A stretch of DNA of 64,000 nucleotides from Flavobacteriales bacterium (GCA_018335925.1 JAGXRF010000060.1:16712-80711); one strand, 5' to 3'. Numbered from the stretch's first letter, positions 32,157 to 42,406 are shown. Program-made: numbers and translations. Notes: a model not told the origin generated them from the letters alone.

Positions 32157-32534
32157 ATGGAAACTTTTAATCGTCGGGATCTCACAGAACGAATCCTCAA
32201 AGCATTTTATAAAGTGTATAACACCTTTGGATATGGTTTTTTGGAAAAAGTGTATGAGAATTCCCTCTTTCATGAACTTAGAAAAATGGGACTCTTCGTG
32301 GAAAAGCAAAAACGTATCCGGGTCTTCTATGAGGGTCTAGGAGTGAGAGATTATTTTGCTGATCTCTTGGTGGAAGATTAGATCATCATAGAAATAAAAG
32401 CTAGTGAAGGAATTGTAGAAGATCATGAATTTCAGTTGCTCAACTACCTAAAAGCCACCGATAAAGAAATTGGATTACTTCTCAACTTTGGAAAAACGCC
32501 CCAATTCAAAAGGAAGATTTCTTCCAATCTTTAA
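32157..32534 (+). pseudogene. GxxExxY family PD-(D/E)xK nuclease-like gene with one in-frame TAG (32379-32381)
   Basis: GFLEKVYE motif; ADLLVED*IIIEIKA...[18 protein letters not shown] continues in frame to TAA 32532-32534. Confidence 0.9.
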
Positions 32535-32593
32535 TCAATACGGATGGAAATCGTAATGGAATTTCCAAATACGATCTCTCGAAAATTATAGAA

Positions 32594-33364
32594 ATGAACC
32601 CAGCCCAACCCTTTTCACTTTCTGGTAAAACGATAGTAATTACCGGCGCTTCCTCTGGTATAGGTCAAGCAATTGCGATTTCCAGTGCCCACCAAGGAGC
32701 CAAATTGTTGCTTTTGGGAAGAGATCAGGAAAGATTAAACGAGACGCTTAGACTTTGTGAAAATGGGGAGAAACACGTTACGCTCAGCTTAGATCTCCAA
32801 AAATCAACCGAATGGATAGCCGACTTCCAAGCGGTAGCCAAATCCCATGCTCCGATTGATGGTTTTGTACATGCTGCCGGCGTTTCTCCGACGATTCCAT
32901 TTAAAGTGATGAAAGCACATCAAATGATGGAAGCGTTTGATCTTAATCTTTTTTCTGCAGTCCACATCATACAGATCTTAACAAAAGTTGGGATTAAGTC
33001 ATCTGGTGGAATGAGTATGGTGTTGATTTCCTCGGTAATGAGTGAGGTCGGCGAAAAGGGGAAATCACTTTATGCCATGACCAAATCAGCATTGATCGGA
33101 TTGGTTAAAAGTCTTGCACTTGAATACGCTGATAAGAATATTCGTTTCAATGCCATTTCCGCTTCAGTGGTTGATACGCCTCTTTCCATGAATTCTTATT
33201 ACCGAAAAAGTGAAGAGGCATTGAATGAGGTGCTTGGGCAGCATCCCCTAGGTCTTGGAAAGCCAGAGGATATCGGCAATTCAAGCGTTTTCTTACTTTC
33301 TGATGCTTCCAAATGGGTTACAGGTACCAATCTGATTATTGATGGAGGATATTTGGCCAGGTAA
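32594..33364 (+). CDS. SDR oxidoreductase (FabG-like ketoacyl-ACP reductase)
   Basis: [21 protein letters not shown]. Confidence 0.88.
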   Translation: MNPAQPFSLSGKTIVITGASSGIGQAIAISSAHQGAKLLLLGRDQERLNETLRLCENGEKHVTLSLDLQKSTEWIADFQAVAKSHAPIDGFVHAAGVSPTIPFKVMKAHQMMEAFDLNLFSAVHIIQILTKVGIKSSGGMSMVLISSVMSEVGEKGKSLYAMTKSALIGLVKSLALEYADKNIRFNAISASVVDTPLSMNSYYRKSEEALNEVLGQHPLGLGKPEDIGNSSVFLLSDASKWVTGTNLIIDGGYLAR

Positions 33365-33432
33365 TTCCACATTTTATTTACTATTTGATTCATTTTAATT
33401 CTAGCAGGTAAATTCTAAATTTTTTTTGAACC

Positions 33433-34083
33433 ATGAAAGTAATTTTAATAGGCGCAGGAGGTCATTCCGCTGAATTGACCGATTATATACTCTACTCTAA
33501 CTCAATAACATCTCAAGATCTAAGGATTGAAATCCTTGGATATTTGGATGATGACTTCAATAAATACCTTCATTATTCTTTTCCATTCCCTTATCTGGGT
33601 TCGATCTCAGGTCATACTATCAATTCGGAGGCACATTACATGATGGGGATTGCCAATTTGGTTTACCGTAAAAAATTCGTTGAAAACTTTTTGGAACAAG
33701 GGGCGAAGTTTTTATCATTTATCCACCCTACCTCCAGTATGTCCTCCTCGGCTAAGGTAGGAAATGGTGTAGTCATTGCTCCCAACGTTAATTTGGGGCC
33801 AAATACAGAAGTTGGAGATTTTTCACTTGTCAACAGCAGAGTTAGCCTAGGTCATGATACCAAAATAGGAAAGTTTAACTTTTTAAGTCCTAATGTTTGC
33901 TTCTCCGGATTTACGGAAGTTGGAGATGAGAATTTGTTTGGAATCAATTCAGCTACTATTCCAGGGATCAAAATCGGAAGTAGAAATAAGATCATGGCTG
34001 GAATGACCTTGGATAAAAATGTGGGAGATGATGAGGTGGTTTTCTATCGATTCAAAGAAAAGGTAAATATGATCAAAGTATGA
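33433..34083 (+). CDS. Sugar acyltransferase, NeuD/PglD family
   Basis: IGAGGH, YLDD, FIHP, hexapeptide repeats with GHD. Confidence 0.85.
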   Translation: MKVILIGAGGHSAELTDYILYSNSITSQDLRIEILGYLDDDFNKYLHYSFPFPYLGSISGHTINSEAHYMMGIANLVYRKKFVENFLEQGAKFLSFIHPTSSMSSSAKVGNGVVIAPNVNLGPNTEVGDFSLVNSRVSLGHDTKIGKFNFLSPNVCFSGFTEVGDENLFGINSATIPGIKIGSRNKIMAGMTLDKNVGDDEVVFYRFKEKVNMIKV

Positions 34084-34451
34084 TCGTAGGAGTTGGGACT
34101 GATATTGAATCCATATCCAGGTTTAGAAAATTGTGGATAAGTAAGCCTTCCATTCTTTCAAAGTTGTTTTACAAGTCTGAGGTTGATTACGCTATAAATA
34201 AAGAAAAACCTTGGGAAACCTTAGCTGGAATTTGGTGTGCGAAAGAGTCCGTTGTCAAGTCTCTTTCTTCTGTTCATTCTTTGAATGTCAAAGAGGTTGA
34301 GATTGGAAAACCATCACCTGAAAAATATCAAGTAAATCTTTCAATTTCTGAACTAGAAGAAAAAGAGTTTTTATTCTGGATCAGTATTTCACATTCAAGA
34401 GAGTATGCCACCGCATTTTGTGTGGCAGAAGTTTTGATGAAATGTCCATGA
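34080..34451 (+). CDS. acpS: Holo-ACP synthase (phosphopantetheinyl transferase)
   Basis: GVGTDIE, WCAKES..K, ISISHS. Confidence 0.88.
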   Translation: MIVGVGTDIESISRFRKLWISKPSILSKLFYKSEVDYAINKEKPWETLAGIWCAKESVVKSLSSVHSLNVKEVEIGKPSPEKYQVNLSISELEEKEFLFWISISHSREYATAFCVAEVLMKCP

Positions 34452-34525
34452 AAAAATGTCTTACATAGGTGCATGATTATCCAGTGCATATCATCTGACA
34501 TTAAAAATTCAAATTATAACCAGAT
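34438..34525. repeat. Solo diverged copy of the 92-bp repeat family
   Basis: TGAAATGTCCATGA...ATGATTATCCAGTGCAT..CATCTGAC...CAAATTATAACCAGAT aligns with the units at 48118 and 46212. Confidence 0.78.
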
Positions 34526-34566
34526 AAAAGAGATCATTTTATCTTATCACCATTTATTCTAATAAA

Positions 34567-35175
34567 TTGATTTATAGTTCTTTTTTCAAAAGGCCACTTG
34601 ATTTTTCAGTGGCCCTTGTAGTCCTGATTTTAACTTCTCCCTTTTTCCTTCTTACCTGGTTGGTCTTAGTCATTCAAAACCGGGGTAAGGCTTTTTTCTA
34701 TCAGGAGAGACCGGGTAAAAATCAAGTACCTTTTCGCATTATCAAGTTCAAAACCATGAACGATCGGACCGACGCTCAGGGGAAATTGCTACCAGATCAT
34801 CAGCGCTTGACGTTATTTGGTGCTTATGTCCGTAAGTTTTCTTTGGATGAGTTGCCGCAATTGATCAATGTGCTGAAAGGGGAGATGAGTCTGATTGGGC
34901 CCAGACCACTCTTGTTTAAGTATATTCCCTTGTATTCTGAGAGGCAGAATCGTAGACATGAAGTTCGTCCGGGAATCACCGGCTGGGCACAGGTGAATGG
35001 TCGAAACAGCATCTCTTGGACTAAAAAGTTTGAGTTGGATGTCGAGTACGTGGATCGTGTAAGTTTTTCCTTGGATTTTAGGATTTTCTGGCTGACGATT
35101 TTAAAGATTGTGAAGCGTGAGGGAATCAATCAGTCGGAGGCCAAAACCATGGAGCCCTTTAACGGATCTAATTAA
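34567..35175 (+). CDS. Initiating phosphoglycosyl transferase (PglC-like sugar transferase)
   Basis: KRPLD, KFKTM, SLDELPQL.NVLKGEMSLIGPRP, PGITGWAQVNGRN. Confidence 0.93.
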   Translation: MIYSSFFKRPLDFSVALVVLILTSPFFLLTWLVLVIQNRGKAFFYQERPGKNQVPFRIIKFKTMNDRTDAQGKLLPDHQRLTLFGAYVRKFSLDELPQLINVLKGEMSLIGPRPLLFKYIPLYSERQNRRHEVRPGITGWAQVNGRNSISWTKKFELDVEYVDRVSFSLDFRIFWLTILKIVKREGINQSEAKTMEPFNGSN

Positions 35176-35189
35176 AAGAAAGGATTTGT

Positions 35190-35987
35190 TTGCTAGGTAA
35201 GATGTTGGTTTTTGTCTCCCACTTGACTCGTATCCTTTTTAGTCTTGAGTTTTTATGTTGTTGTTTTTTGTTTTTTCTTCTTTTTAGAAGAAAAATATCC
35301 ATCCCTTTGAAAGCTGGTTTTGTCTTGGTTTTTCTATTGCTTTCCTCGCCTATTAGTTCTTGGGTGATCTGGAAGCAGGAGCGTCAATTTAAGCCTTTGA
35401 AGGAAATACCGTCTTCGGCACAAGCCATTCTTGTACTGGGTTCAGGAGGGGTTCCTGAGCCAGAACTTTCTATCTATCAGCGACTGGATGCCTCCGCCTT
35501 GCAGCGTACCTTGGAAGGGATACGAATTTGGAACATGAACCCGGAGAAGCTTTTGGTTTTTTCTTCTGAAGGTAGGAAAGGTTATCCTTCTCATGCGGCC
35601 ATGTATGCTGAGGTAGCTAAGGAGTTGGGAGTTCCTTCGGATCGAATCTTTCTTTTGGAACAAGGGATCACCACCGAGACCGAAGCCTTGGACTTCATCA
35701 CTCACCTGCCTGAAGTAAAGGAGATTGTCTTGGTGACATCTGCCCTGCATCTTTCCCGAGCAACCCGGATCTTCGAAGTCTTAGGAATTCATGTTACGCC
35801 TGCTCCTGCAGAGTTTGTGGTAAAGGTTCATCCCGGTGGCAGCAGGATCACTTGGTTTCCATCCTTTAATGCCTTGAACAAATGGAACTCCTTGATCCAT
35901 GAATGGGTAGGGATGGCTTGGATAGAAGTTCGGGTACTCCTAGGGCTTTTTCCAACACCCACGGCTGAAAACTTGCACTACGAATGA
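35190..35987 (+). CDS. YdcF/ElyC (DUF218) family membrane protein
   Basis: N-terminal TMs, VLGSG, TTETEA, LVTSALHL.RA, HEWVG. Confidence 0.85.
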   Translation: MLGKMLVFVSHLTRILFSLEFLCCCFLFFLLFRRKISIPLKAGFVLVFLLLSSPISSWVIWKQERQFKPLKEIPSSAQAILVLGSGGVPEPELSIYQRLDASALQRTLEGIRIWNMNPEKLLVFSSEGRKGYPSHAAMYAEVAKELGVPSDRIFLLEQGITTETEALDFITHLPEVKEIVLVTSALHLSRATRIFEVLGIHVTPAPAEFVVKVHPGGSRITWFPSFNALNKWNSLIHEWVGMAWIEVRVLLGLFPTPTAENLHYE

Positions 35988-36347
35988 ATTGAAGTGCCTT
36001 TTTTAGGCGGGGTTGCAATTAACAACGCGGTAATCTTTCGCCCGGTGAAAATCATAATGAACTACATTCAAAAGTTTGGCTTTGCCTAGTAAAGTATCAG
36101 CAGTCTAAGTTTGACCCATTGTCAGGTTTAATCAGCGCATATCCCAGATTGGGAAATGGATTCCCGATTCTTACCGAAGAGTATTTAATCGTTTATATCA
36201 ATTCTGGTCATACCTGTTTACTAAAAGGAAAGAGTGGTTGAATTGATTTTAAGCAAAATTTTTAATGGGTAGCTGGGGTTCTTGGATTTACCGGATTAGG
36301 TCAATTCATCCCATAAACTCAGCATCACTTTACTTTCCAAGAATTAC

Positions 36348-37169
36348 ATGTTAGCCATAATTAAAAATTGGTTTCAGGAAAAAAGTGCGCTTGAAACTTT
36401 TCTAAGAAGAGAGTATGCTCTATCCCAACATCTTCATTTCAAGTTGATTTCGGATAGAAGGGTATTTTATGAAAAGTTTAAACAGGAAACAGCCCAAATT
36501 TTGTTTACCCGAGATGAACTAGAGGACAAGACGTTTTTGCTCAACTACCTATTTGAAAGGAAAGAGCCTTTTCTTTGGCTCAAGAAAAAACATACCCTGA
36601 GTGGGAGCGGATTGGCAAGAATAAATAAGCTTGATTTTTCCAAGCAGGGCCTGTTGAAATGGATGCATAAGCATGGATTTTTCTACGTTGAACTCGATAT
36701 TCCTCAAGCCTCAGGACTTAAAGAAGTGGCCCCCAAGGGACTGAATACCTTGAATGTGCTGACTTGGAAAGCCAAAGCCTCAGATATCTTACTGCTGGGT
36801 GCAGCCATGCAATGGACTTGTTTTTCTCCCTTGGATTCATTGGATGCAGGTGGGATCTGGCAATCCATCGATCCTGATTTCGGATTCCCGGTAAACAGGG
36901 CTAGGCAGATTAGTCCCGCTCCTAAGGTATTGGATTACCATCCGTTGACCGGTGTCAAATTCAAGGAATTTTCGATTCTGGAAATGGATGAGGTTCATAC
37001 CCTGCTCTCAGATTCCTATCATAAACTAGGAATTGAAGGACTCTTAAGTTGGGAAATTGTGCTACAGGAAAAAGGCCCTAAACTCTTGGGTATTTCTAAT
37101 TCAACTTGCCTGAACAATTGGTTGGCTTTTGGAGACCTCCATCGAATGAGCATGTGCTTGGACCTATGA
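36348..37169 (+). CDS. Divergent sugar-transfer-associated ATP-grasp-like protein
   Basis: P..LNTL, GGI..SID, HPLTG, SWE...GP.L skeleton; usual WD and LIE.N residues altered. Confidence 0.55.
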   Translation: MLAIIKNWFQEKSALETFLRREYALSQHLHFKLISDRRVFYEKFKQETAQILFTRDELEDKTFLLNYLFERKEPFLWLKKKHTLSGSGLARINKLDFSKQGLLKWMHKHGFFYVELDIPQASGLKEVAPKGLNTLNVLTWKAKASDILLLGAAMQWTCFSPLDSLDAGGIWQSIDPDFGFPVNRARQISPAPKVLDYHPLTGVKFKEFSILEMDEVHTLLSDSYHKLGIEGLLSWEIVLQEKGPKLLGISNSTCLNNWLAFGDLHRMSMCLDL

Positions 37170-37355
37170 ATGAGATGCCTTTGAAGAACCTTACTTTTTA
37201 TTGAAGGAAATGCTTTTTCTGATCGGGAGGTGCAGGTAATCTTATCTTCCATCACCTTGAGTCTTAAAATATAGCTCCTTACTCGCTTGGTTCAATTCCA
37301 TAAACCTGGCCTGAAGTACTTGCATTGCTATCTCTAACCTAATTACGATAAAACC

Positions 37356-38210
37356 ATGATGAATTTTACCGGAGTGATTACCCATTTTCCATTTCCCGGG
37401 CCTGGAAAGGAACAAGCGGGATTAGGCATCCTCCCCTTTATGGCTCTTCCTTCGGGTGATAAACTGATTGAACAAGCCATCGATCATTTATCAGAGGTCT
37501 GTAATGAGGTTGTTATCCTGGTGCATCATAGTCTGGTTGAGAAAAGTGAGGCTTGGATGGGATTGGAAACCAAATTTGGGGTGAAAGTAGTTTTTGCTTC
37601 TGAGCTAAATCCCGGACAAGCTATTCAAGCTTGGGCTAGCGAACACAAAAATTTGGGTAAACTGGTCCTGCTGCAATTGAGATGGGTTTATTCTTTTGAT
37701 TTTTCATTTGCCAAGGTGCTTTCCCAAGTGTCTGAAGATCAATTTGGGGATGTTCTTGTTTTTGGTGAAAATTATTTTGAGACGAAATCTCCAGCCAAGG
37801 AAGGAATAGAGGCTAATCTCAGAACTGTAGAACTTTCAGAGGGGACTGAAATTGGATTTATTACGGTGTCGGGCAAGTTTGTTCGATGGAATGGAATTGC
37901 GGTTTTAGAACTTGATTTGATTCGAAAATTAAACTTTTCCACAGAAGATACCTGGCCAGCTCCATCCTTGCCGATTTCTGGAATATCGGCATACTATGAA
38001 CACAAAGTGTTGGATACTTGCAATTTGCAGAGTTGTCTGGGTCCGGGAGGAGTTACTCTTACTCCATTTTCGGTGTGCGTGCTTTCATCCAGATCCTATG
38101 ACTTTTTGAATGAAAAAGATGTACAAGCCTACTTCGATGAGCTTCCTCCGGAGTTTCTGATGGATTTTTACTCCTTAAGTCTGGTTATGGATCAGTTGAA
38201 GAAAGCCTGA
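37356..38210 (+). CDS. Divergent sugar-phosphate nucleotidyltransferase-like protein
   Basis: Faint ManC-like layout (PF..L..G.KLI, GFI, W.GI); GGxGxRL signature absent. Confidence 0.4.
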   Translation: MMNFTGVITHFPFPGPGKEQAGLGILPFMALPSGDKLIEQAIDHLSEVCNEVVILVHHSLVEKSEAWMGLETKFGVKVVFASELNPGQAIQAWASEHKNLGKLVLLQLRWVYSFDFSFAKVLSQVSEDQFGDVLVFGENYFETKSPAKEGIEANLRTVELSEGTEIGFITVSGKFVRWNGIAVLELDLIRKLNFSTEDTWPAPSLPISGISAYYEHKVLDTCNLQSCLGPGGVTLTPFSVCVLSSRSYDFLNEKDVQAYFDELPPEFLMDFYSLSLVMDQLKKA

Positions 38211-38496
38211 TGGGATTCAATTCAAATTGAGGCTCAACCCTAAACCGATGAAAGATTAAGTTTAATAAATCCTTGGTTGCGTGGTGCTAAGAGAAGGCAT
38301 TGATCTTGAATAGGTTAAATCCTCCTTGAATAACAGGATAGGTTTATCGATAGGAGGGACTACCCAAATCGAAGCAGACTCATTTTTCATGCAATGTCAG
38401 TGACTGAGCTAACCAATAACTCAAGCAGTACTAATTAGAAAATTCCCCCTCTGTTCTATTGTCCTATTCTTGTCCTAACAATCCTTAGGTGAATCC

Positions 38497-39402
38497 ATGA
38501 AACAGGTGAAGTTGAGCATATTAGTGATCTCTTATAATCAGGAAGATTATATCCTTCGAGCATTGGAAGGTGCGGCAATTCAGCAAACTAATTTTCCAAT
38601 AGAATGGGTCATTGCAGATGATTTTTCATCCGACAAAACTCCTGACTTGATTAAGGATTTTTGCCTTCGGAATTCAATTGCTTTCACCATTTTGGAGACG
38701 AACAGAAATCTAGGGATGGGTTGGAATTACCAACGTGGATTTGAAGCCTGCTCGGGTGAGTACATTGCAATCCTGGAGGGAGATGACTATTGGACCCATC
38801 CTTATAGGCTTCAAAAGCACGTTGATTTTTTGGAGGCTCATCCTGCTTGTCCTCTCAGTTTCAACAAGTATTTGCTTCACTTTCAAAAAAATGATACCCT
38901 GATCTCCAGTCCCAAGGAATTTGAAGAAGGAGTAGTTTTTCATTCAACCAAGAGACTGATTCAGTATAACTTCATCGGTAATTTATCCTGTTGCGTCATT
39001 CGGAAAAAATACCTCACTAAAATCGCAAAGGAATGGTTTGCCTACCAGCCCAACGATAGATTTTTGGGGATTTTCTTATCCCAATTTGGACAATTAGCTT
39101 TCTTGAATGAAGAATTATCGGTCTATCGAATCACCAATCAGGGTATTTGGTCCAAACAGAGTAATGTTTCCAAGAAAAATGCATTAATCCAAGAGTCATA
39201 TCAGATTGATGAGGCCTTGAATTACACTTATTCCAAAGAGTTGGCCTCCTTTCGATTAGCTACCCGACTCAAACTATGGAGAGAAGAAAAACTAGGCAAT
39301 CTTCCTTTCCCCTTTAATAAGTTTTTGTCCAAACTGCTACCCACGGGATTACTTTTGAGGGTGGCTGAGGTAGGGGTAGTCAGGTTTGGTATCAACAGCT
39401 AG
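38497..39402 (+). CDS. Glycosyltransferase family 2
   Basis: SYNQEDYI, ADDFSSD.T, EGDDYW..P..LQK. Confidence 0.9.
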   Translation: MKQVKLSILVISYNQEDYILRALEGAAIQQTNFPIEWVIADDFSSDKTPDLIKDFCLRNSIAFTILETNRNLGMGWNYQRGFEACSGEYIAILEGDDYWTHPYRLQKHVDFLEAHPACPLSFNKYLLHFQKNDTLISSPKEFEEGVVFHSTKRLIQYNFIGNLSCCVIRKKYLTKIAKEWFAYQPNDRFLGIFLSQFGQLAFLNEELSVYRITNQGIWSKQSNVSKKNALIQESYQIDEALNYTYSKELASFRLATRLKLWREEKLGNLPFPFNKFLSKLLPTGLLLRVAEVGVVRFGINS

Positions 39403-39405
39403 CCC

Positions 39406-40164
39406 ATGAATTCAATCATAAATCCACTTAGGTACTATAGAAGAGGTAAAGCCTTCTTCCACAATCCCTCATTCGTGAAGGCATTGGAGCTGACCAAGGC
39501 AGAAGGGGAGAAATCCGGATCACGTACAGCGGTAATTAATTTCTTGCTTTCTACGCTCTCAGGAAATCCAAGGTATCTTGAAATTGGAGTAAGGGATCCT
39601 AAAGATAATTTTGACCAGGTGCAATGTGCCGATAAGCTTAGTGTAGATCCCGGGTACGAGTTAAAGGAAAACCAGGCGAGTTTCAAGATGACCAGCGATC
39701 AATTTTTTGATGGACTCAGAAATAAGTCTATTGGAAATCCGGACCAAAAATGGGATTTGATATTTATTGATGGCCTGCATTTGGCGGAACAGGTGGATCG
39801 GGATATCTCCAATTCGCTGGATTTTTTGAATGACCATGGTTTTTTGGTTATTCACGATTGCAATCCACCAACCGAATGGCATGCCAGGGAGTGTTTTTCC
39901 TTTCCGCATTCTCCTGCTCAAGCGGCCTGGAATGGGACTACTTGGAAAGGATTTTTGAAATACCGTCAGGTAAATCACCTCTATTCCTGTTGTGTGGATA
40001 CTGATTGGGGAGTAGGCATTATTTCTAAAAGTAAGAAGATTGGTGATAGCTTAGCTCCGGTGAATCCATTTTATGAATTTTCTGAGTTTGACCGAAACAG
40101 AAAGAATTGGATGAATTTGCTCAGTTTTGAGGAGTTTAAGTCTCTTGTTGGAGAGAAAAACTAA
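39406..40164 (+). CDS. Class I SAM-dependent methyltransferase-like protein
   Basis: YLEIGV, SVDP, DLIFIDGLH, HDCNP, WNG.TWK, DTDWG. Confidence 0.82.
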   Translation: MNSIINPLRYYRRGKAFFHNPSFVKALELTKAEGEKSGSRTAVINFLLSTLSGNPRYLEIGVRDPKDNFDQVQCADKLSVDPGYELKENQASFKMTSDQFFDGLRNKSIGNPDQKWDLIFIDGLHLAEQVDRDISNSLDFLNDHGFLVIHDCNPPTEWHARECFSFPHSPAQAAWNGTTWKGFLKYRQVNHLYSCCVDTDWGVGIISKSKKIGDSLAPVNPFYEFSEFDRNRKNWMNLLSFEEFKSLVGEKN

Positions 40165-40216
40165 TGGATACCTTGAATCAAAAATGAGCTTAACCATAAT
40201 ACAAGGGCATTCATCC

Positions 40217-41077
40217 ATGAAAATGTTTAAAGTAGCGGTGTTGCTCACTTGCTTCAATAGAAAAGAAAAAACCTTTGCCTGTTTAACCCAACTGTTTCAG
40301 CAAAAATTACCACATGAGTGGGAGCTTTCTGTGTTTGTGTGTGAGGATCAATCTTCGGATGGCACGCTTGAGATGCTGGAAAATGACTTTCCAGAAGTGA
40401 AGGTAGTCCGTGGAAACGGTCAACTATATTGGGGAGGGGGAATGAGAGCGGCTTGGAATTTAGCCCAAACTACCGGAACGTATGATTTTTTCCTGTGGTT
40501 AAATGATGACACGATGTTGTTTGAGGGAGCTTTATTTCAGCTTTGGAAGGAATACCTCCAACTACAACACACCTCGATTTTGGTTGGGGCATGTGCGGTA
40601 CCGGGCTCGGAAGAATTTTCTTATGGGGGACATGAGGAAGGAAGGCTTATCCATCCCAATGGATGTCCTCAACCCATCAAATTCATGAATGGGAATTTGG
40701 TTTTGATTCCTTCAGAAATAGTAGAAAGGATAGGCATTATTTCTTCCGCATATACCCATTACCTTGGGGATTATGATTATGGATTGCGGGCTCAAAAGGC
40801 AGGTTTTCCCTGTATCTTGAGTTCGAAATACCTGGCTTCTTGTGCCCCAAATCCCGTAGCTGATTGGGCCAATCCAAGACTTTCCATAGTTGAAAGGTGG
40901 CGCTTGGCTAACCATACCAAAGGACTGGCCATGAAGGAATTTCTTCACTACAAAGCTGTTCATTATGGGAGATGGATGGCGGTAAAAAGCAGCTTAGAGA
41001 TTATTGGAAAGGTTTTACATCCTGCAGGCTATATAAAATTCAGGAATCGCTATCATAGTTTGATACATAAAAATTGA
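40217..41077 (+). CDS. Glycosyltransferase family 2
   Basis: LTCFNRKEKT, WGGGM, LWLNDD, NGNLVL, DYDYGLR; ATG 40217 preferred over 40127. Confidence 0.88.
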   Translation: MKMFKVAVLLTCFNRKEKTFACLTQLFQQKLPHEWELSVFVCEDQSSDGTLEMLENDFPEVKVVRGNGQLYWGGGMRAAWNLAQTTGTYDFFLWLNDDTMLFEGALFQLWKEYLQLQHTSILVGACAVPGSEEFSYGGHEEGRLIHPNGCPQPIKFMNGNLVLIPSEIVERIGIISSAYTHYLGDYDYGLRAQKAGFPCILSSKYLASCAPNPVADWANPRLSIVERWRLANHTKGLAMKEFLHYKAVHYGRWMAVKSSLEIIGKVLHPAGYIKFRNRYHSLIHKN

Positions 41078-41455
41078 GTATTTATTTTCTATTTTTTTCC
41101 ACCCAAAAAATATGGATGAACAGATTATAGTCTCGGTTTAGACCTTTGCTTCAAGTTTTCTTACTCTTTTGTGTAGTCAATACGCTCAATTTGATCATGC
41201 AAGACTTGTCTCAACCTGAATGATAGATGGAGGTATTGTGAGGACTATGGGTTTCAAATTTCAATCTTGGAATGGATAAGTGATTGCCAGGATATGGTGA
41301 TCAGTAATTATTAAAAAGTTGTTTTGCAAAATCCTTGGATCGATAATCCAGTTATTCTTAAAAAATTAGAAGTCAATCACTTCTCTTTTCAAACCAACTA
41401 GCAACTCGAATCTGAGAGGATTAGACTGAGTTGTACATTTTCTGTAAGTCTTAAT

Positions 41456-42211
41456 ATGAAATTCATTCAGTATTTTAAGAGAGGAAAGACCTTGCTAACT
41501 CATCCTCTTTCTCTTGAAGCTATCCAAGCTACTGAAAAGGAATTGAGCAAGGATAAAAATTGGGTTGATGTGGTGAATCTTCTGTTGCAGACGTTTAAAG
41601 ATCCTTCAGGCTCCTTCCTTCACTTAGGACCTCAAAGGACACTTAAGGAATATGAATCGATTGCCACAGAAAACAAGACCTGGGTTTGTGACAGCTCTGG
41701 AAAAGGGGTCCAGCCCACCTTTCAGATGGGGACCGATGCTTTCTTTCAATCGCTTCGAAACAGTGAGCTAGTTAGTAATGAAGAGGTTAAATGGGATGTT
41801 ATTGTCATCGATGGGGAGAAATCTGCCTGGAAGGCCCATAAGGATCTAACCAATGCCTTGGAGTTTTTGGCAGATGATGGATTTATCCTATTGCGGGATT
41901 GTAATCCGTTGAGCGAATGGCATGCCAGGGAAATGGGTGAGTTTACCTGCACTCCCGCAGGAACGCAATGGAATGGATCCACTTGGAAAGCCTTTGTGCA
42001 CTGGAGACAGAAGAAAGAGTTGTTTTCCTGTTGTGTGGATGTGGATTGGGGGATTGGTGTTTTTTCAAAAAGGCATGCCTTTGGAAGACCCCTCATGGAG
42101 TTGAATCCATTTTTTGAATACAAGGAACTCGCCAAGAAAAGGAAACATATCCTGAACCTAAAAAGCTTTGACGAGTTTTCTTGGTTAGTTAATGCTTTGA
42201 AATCTTTGTAA
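41456..42211 (+). CDS. Diverged paralog of the 39406 methyltransferase-like protein
   Basis: Shares WD.I.IDG, DCNP..EWHARE, WNG.TWK, SCCVD.DWG, NPF.E; EIGV changed to HLGP, DGLH to DGEK. Confidence 0.8.
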   Translation: MKFIQYFKRGKTLLTHPLSLEAIQATEKELSKDKNWVDVVNLLLQTFKDPSGSFLHLGPQRTLKEYESIATENKTWVCDSSGKGVQPTFQMGTDAFFQSLRNSELVSNEEVKWDVIVIDGEKSAWKAHKDLTNALEFLADDGFILLRDCNPLSEWHAREMGEFTCTPAGTQWNGSTWKAFVHWRQKKELFSCCVDVDWGIGVFSKRHAFGRPLMELNPFFEYKELAKKRKHILNLKSFDEFSWLVNALKSL

Positions 42212-42336
42212 ACCTGGTTCTTAGGTTAGAATCTAGGTTGATTTTCTGGCTTAACTCATTAGAATTGAATTTAAGGAGGAATTGAATTAAAAATAGTTAA
42301 ACCCACTATTTGACTTAGTTTTATTATTATTTTATA

Positions 42337-42406
42337 AATCTATTTCAATCTATTTCAATCTATTTCAATCTATTTCAATCTATTTCAATCTATTTCAAAC
42401 CTATTC
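42337..42406. repeat. Tandem 10-mer (AATCTATTTC) x6 plus one degenerate copy
   Basis: Directly visible. Confidence 0.95.

Noticed and set aside
19820-32381. Amber (TAG) recoding, given in-frame TAGs at 19820, 23051, 23844 and 32379
   Set aside because: Intact genes end normally in TAG (22956, 26320, 29292, 31810), and the 22958 gene also has frameshifts and a TAA
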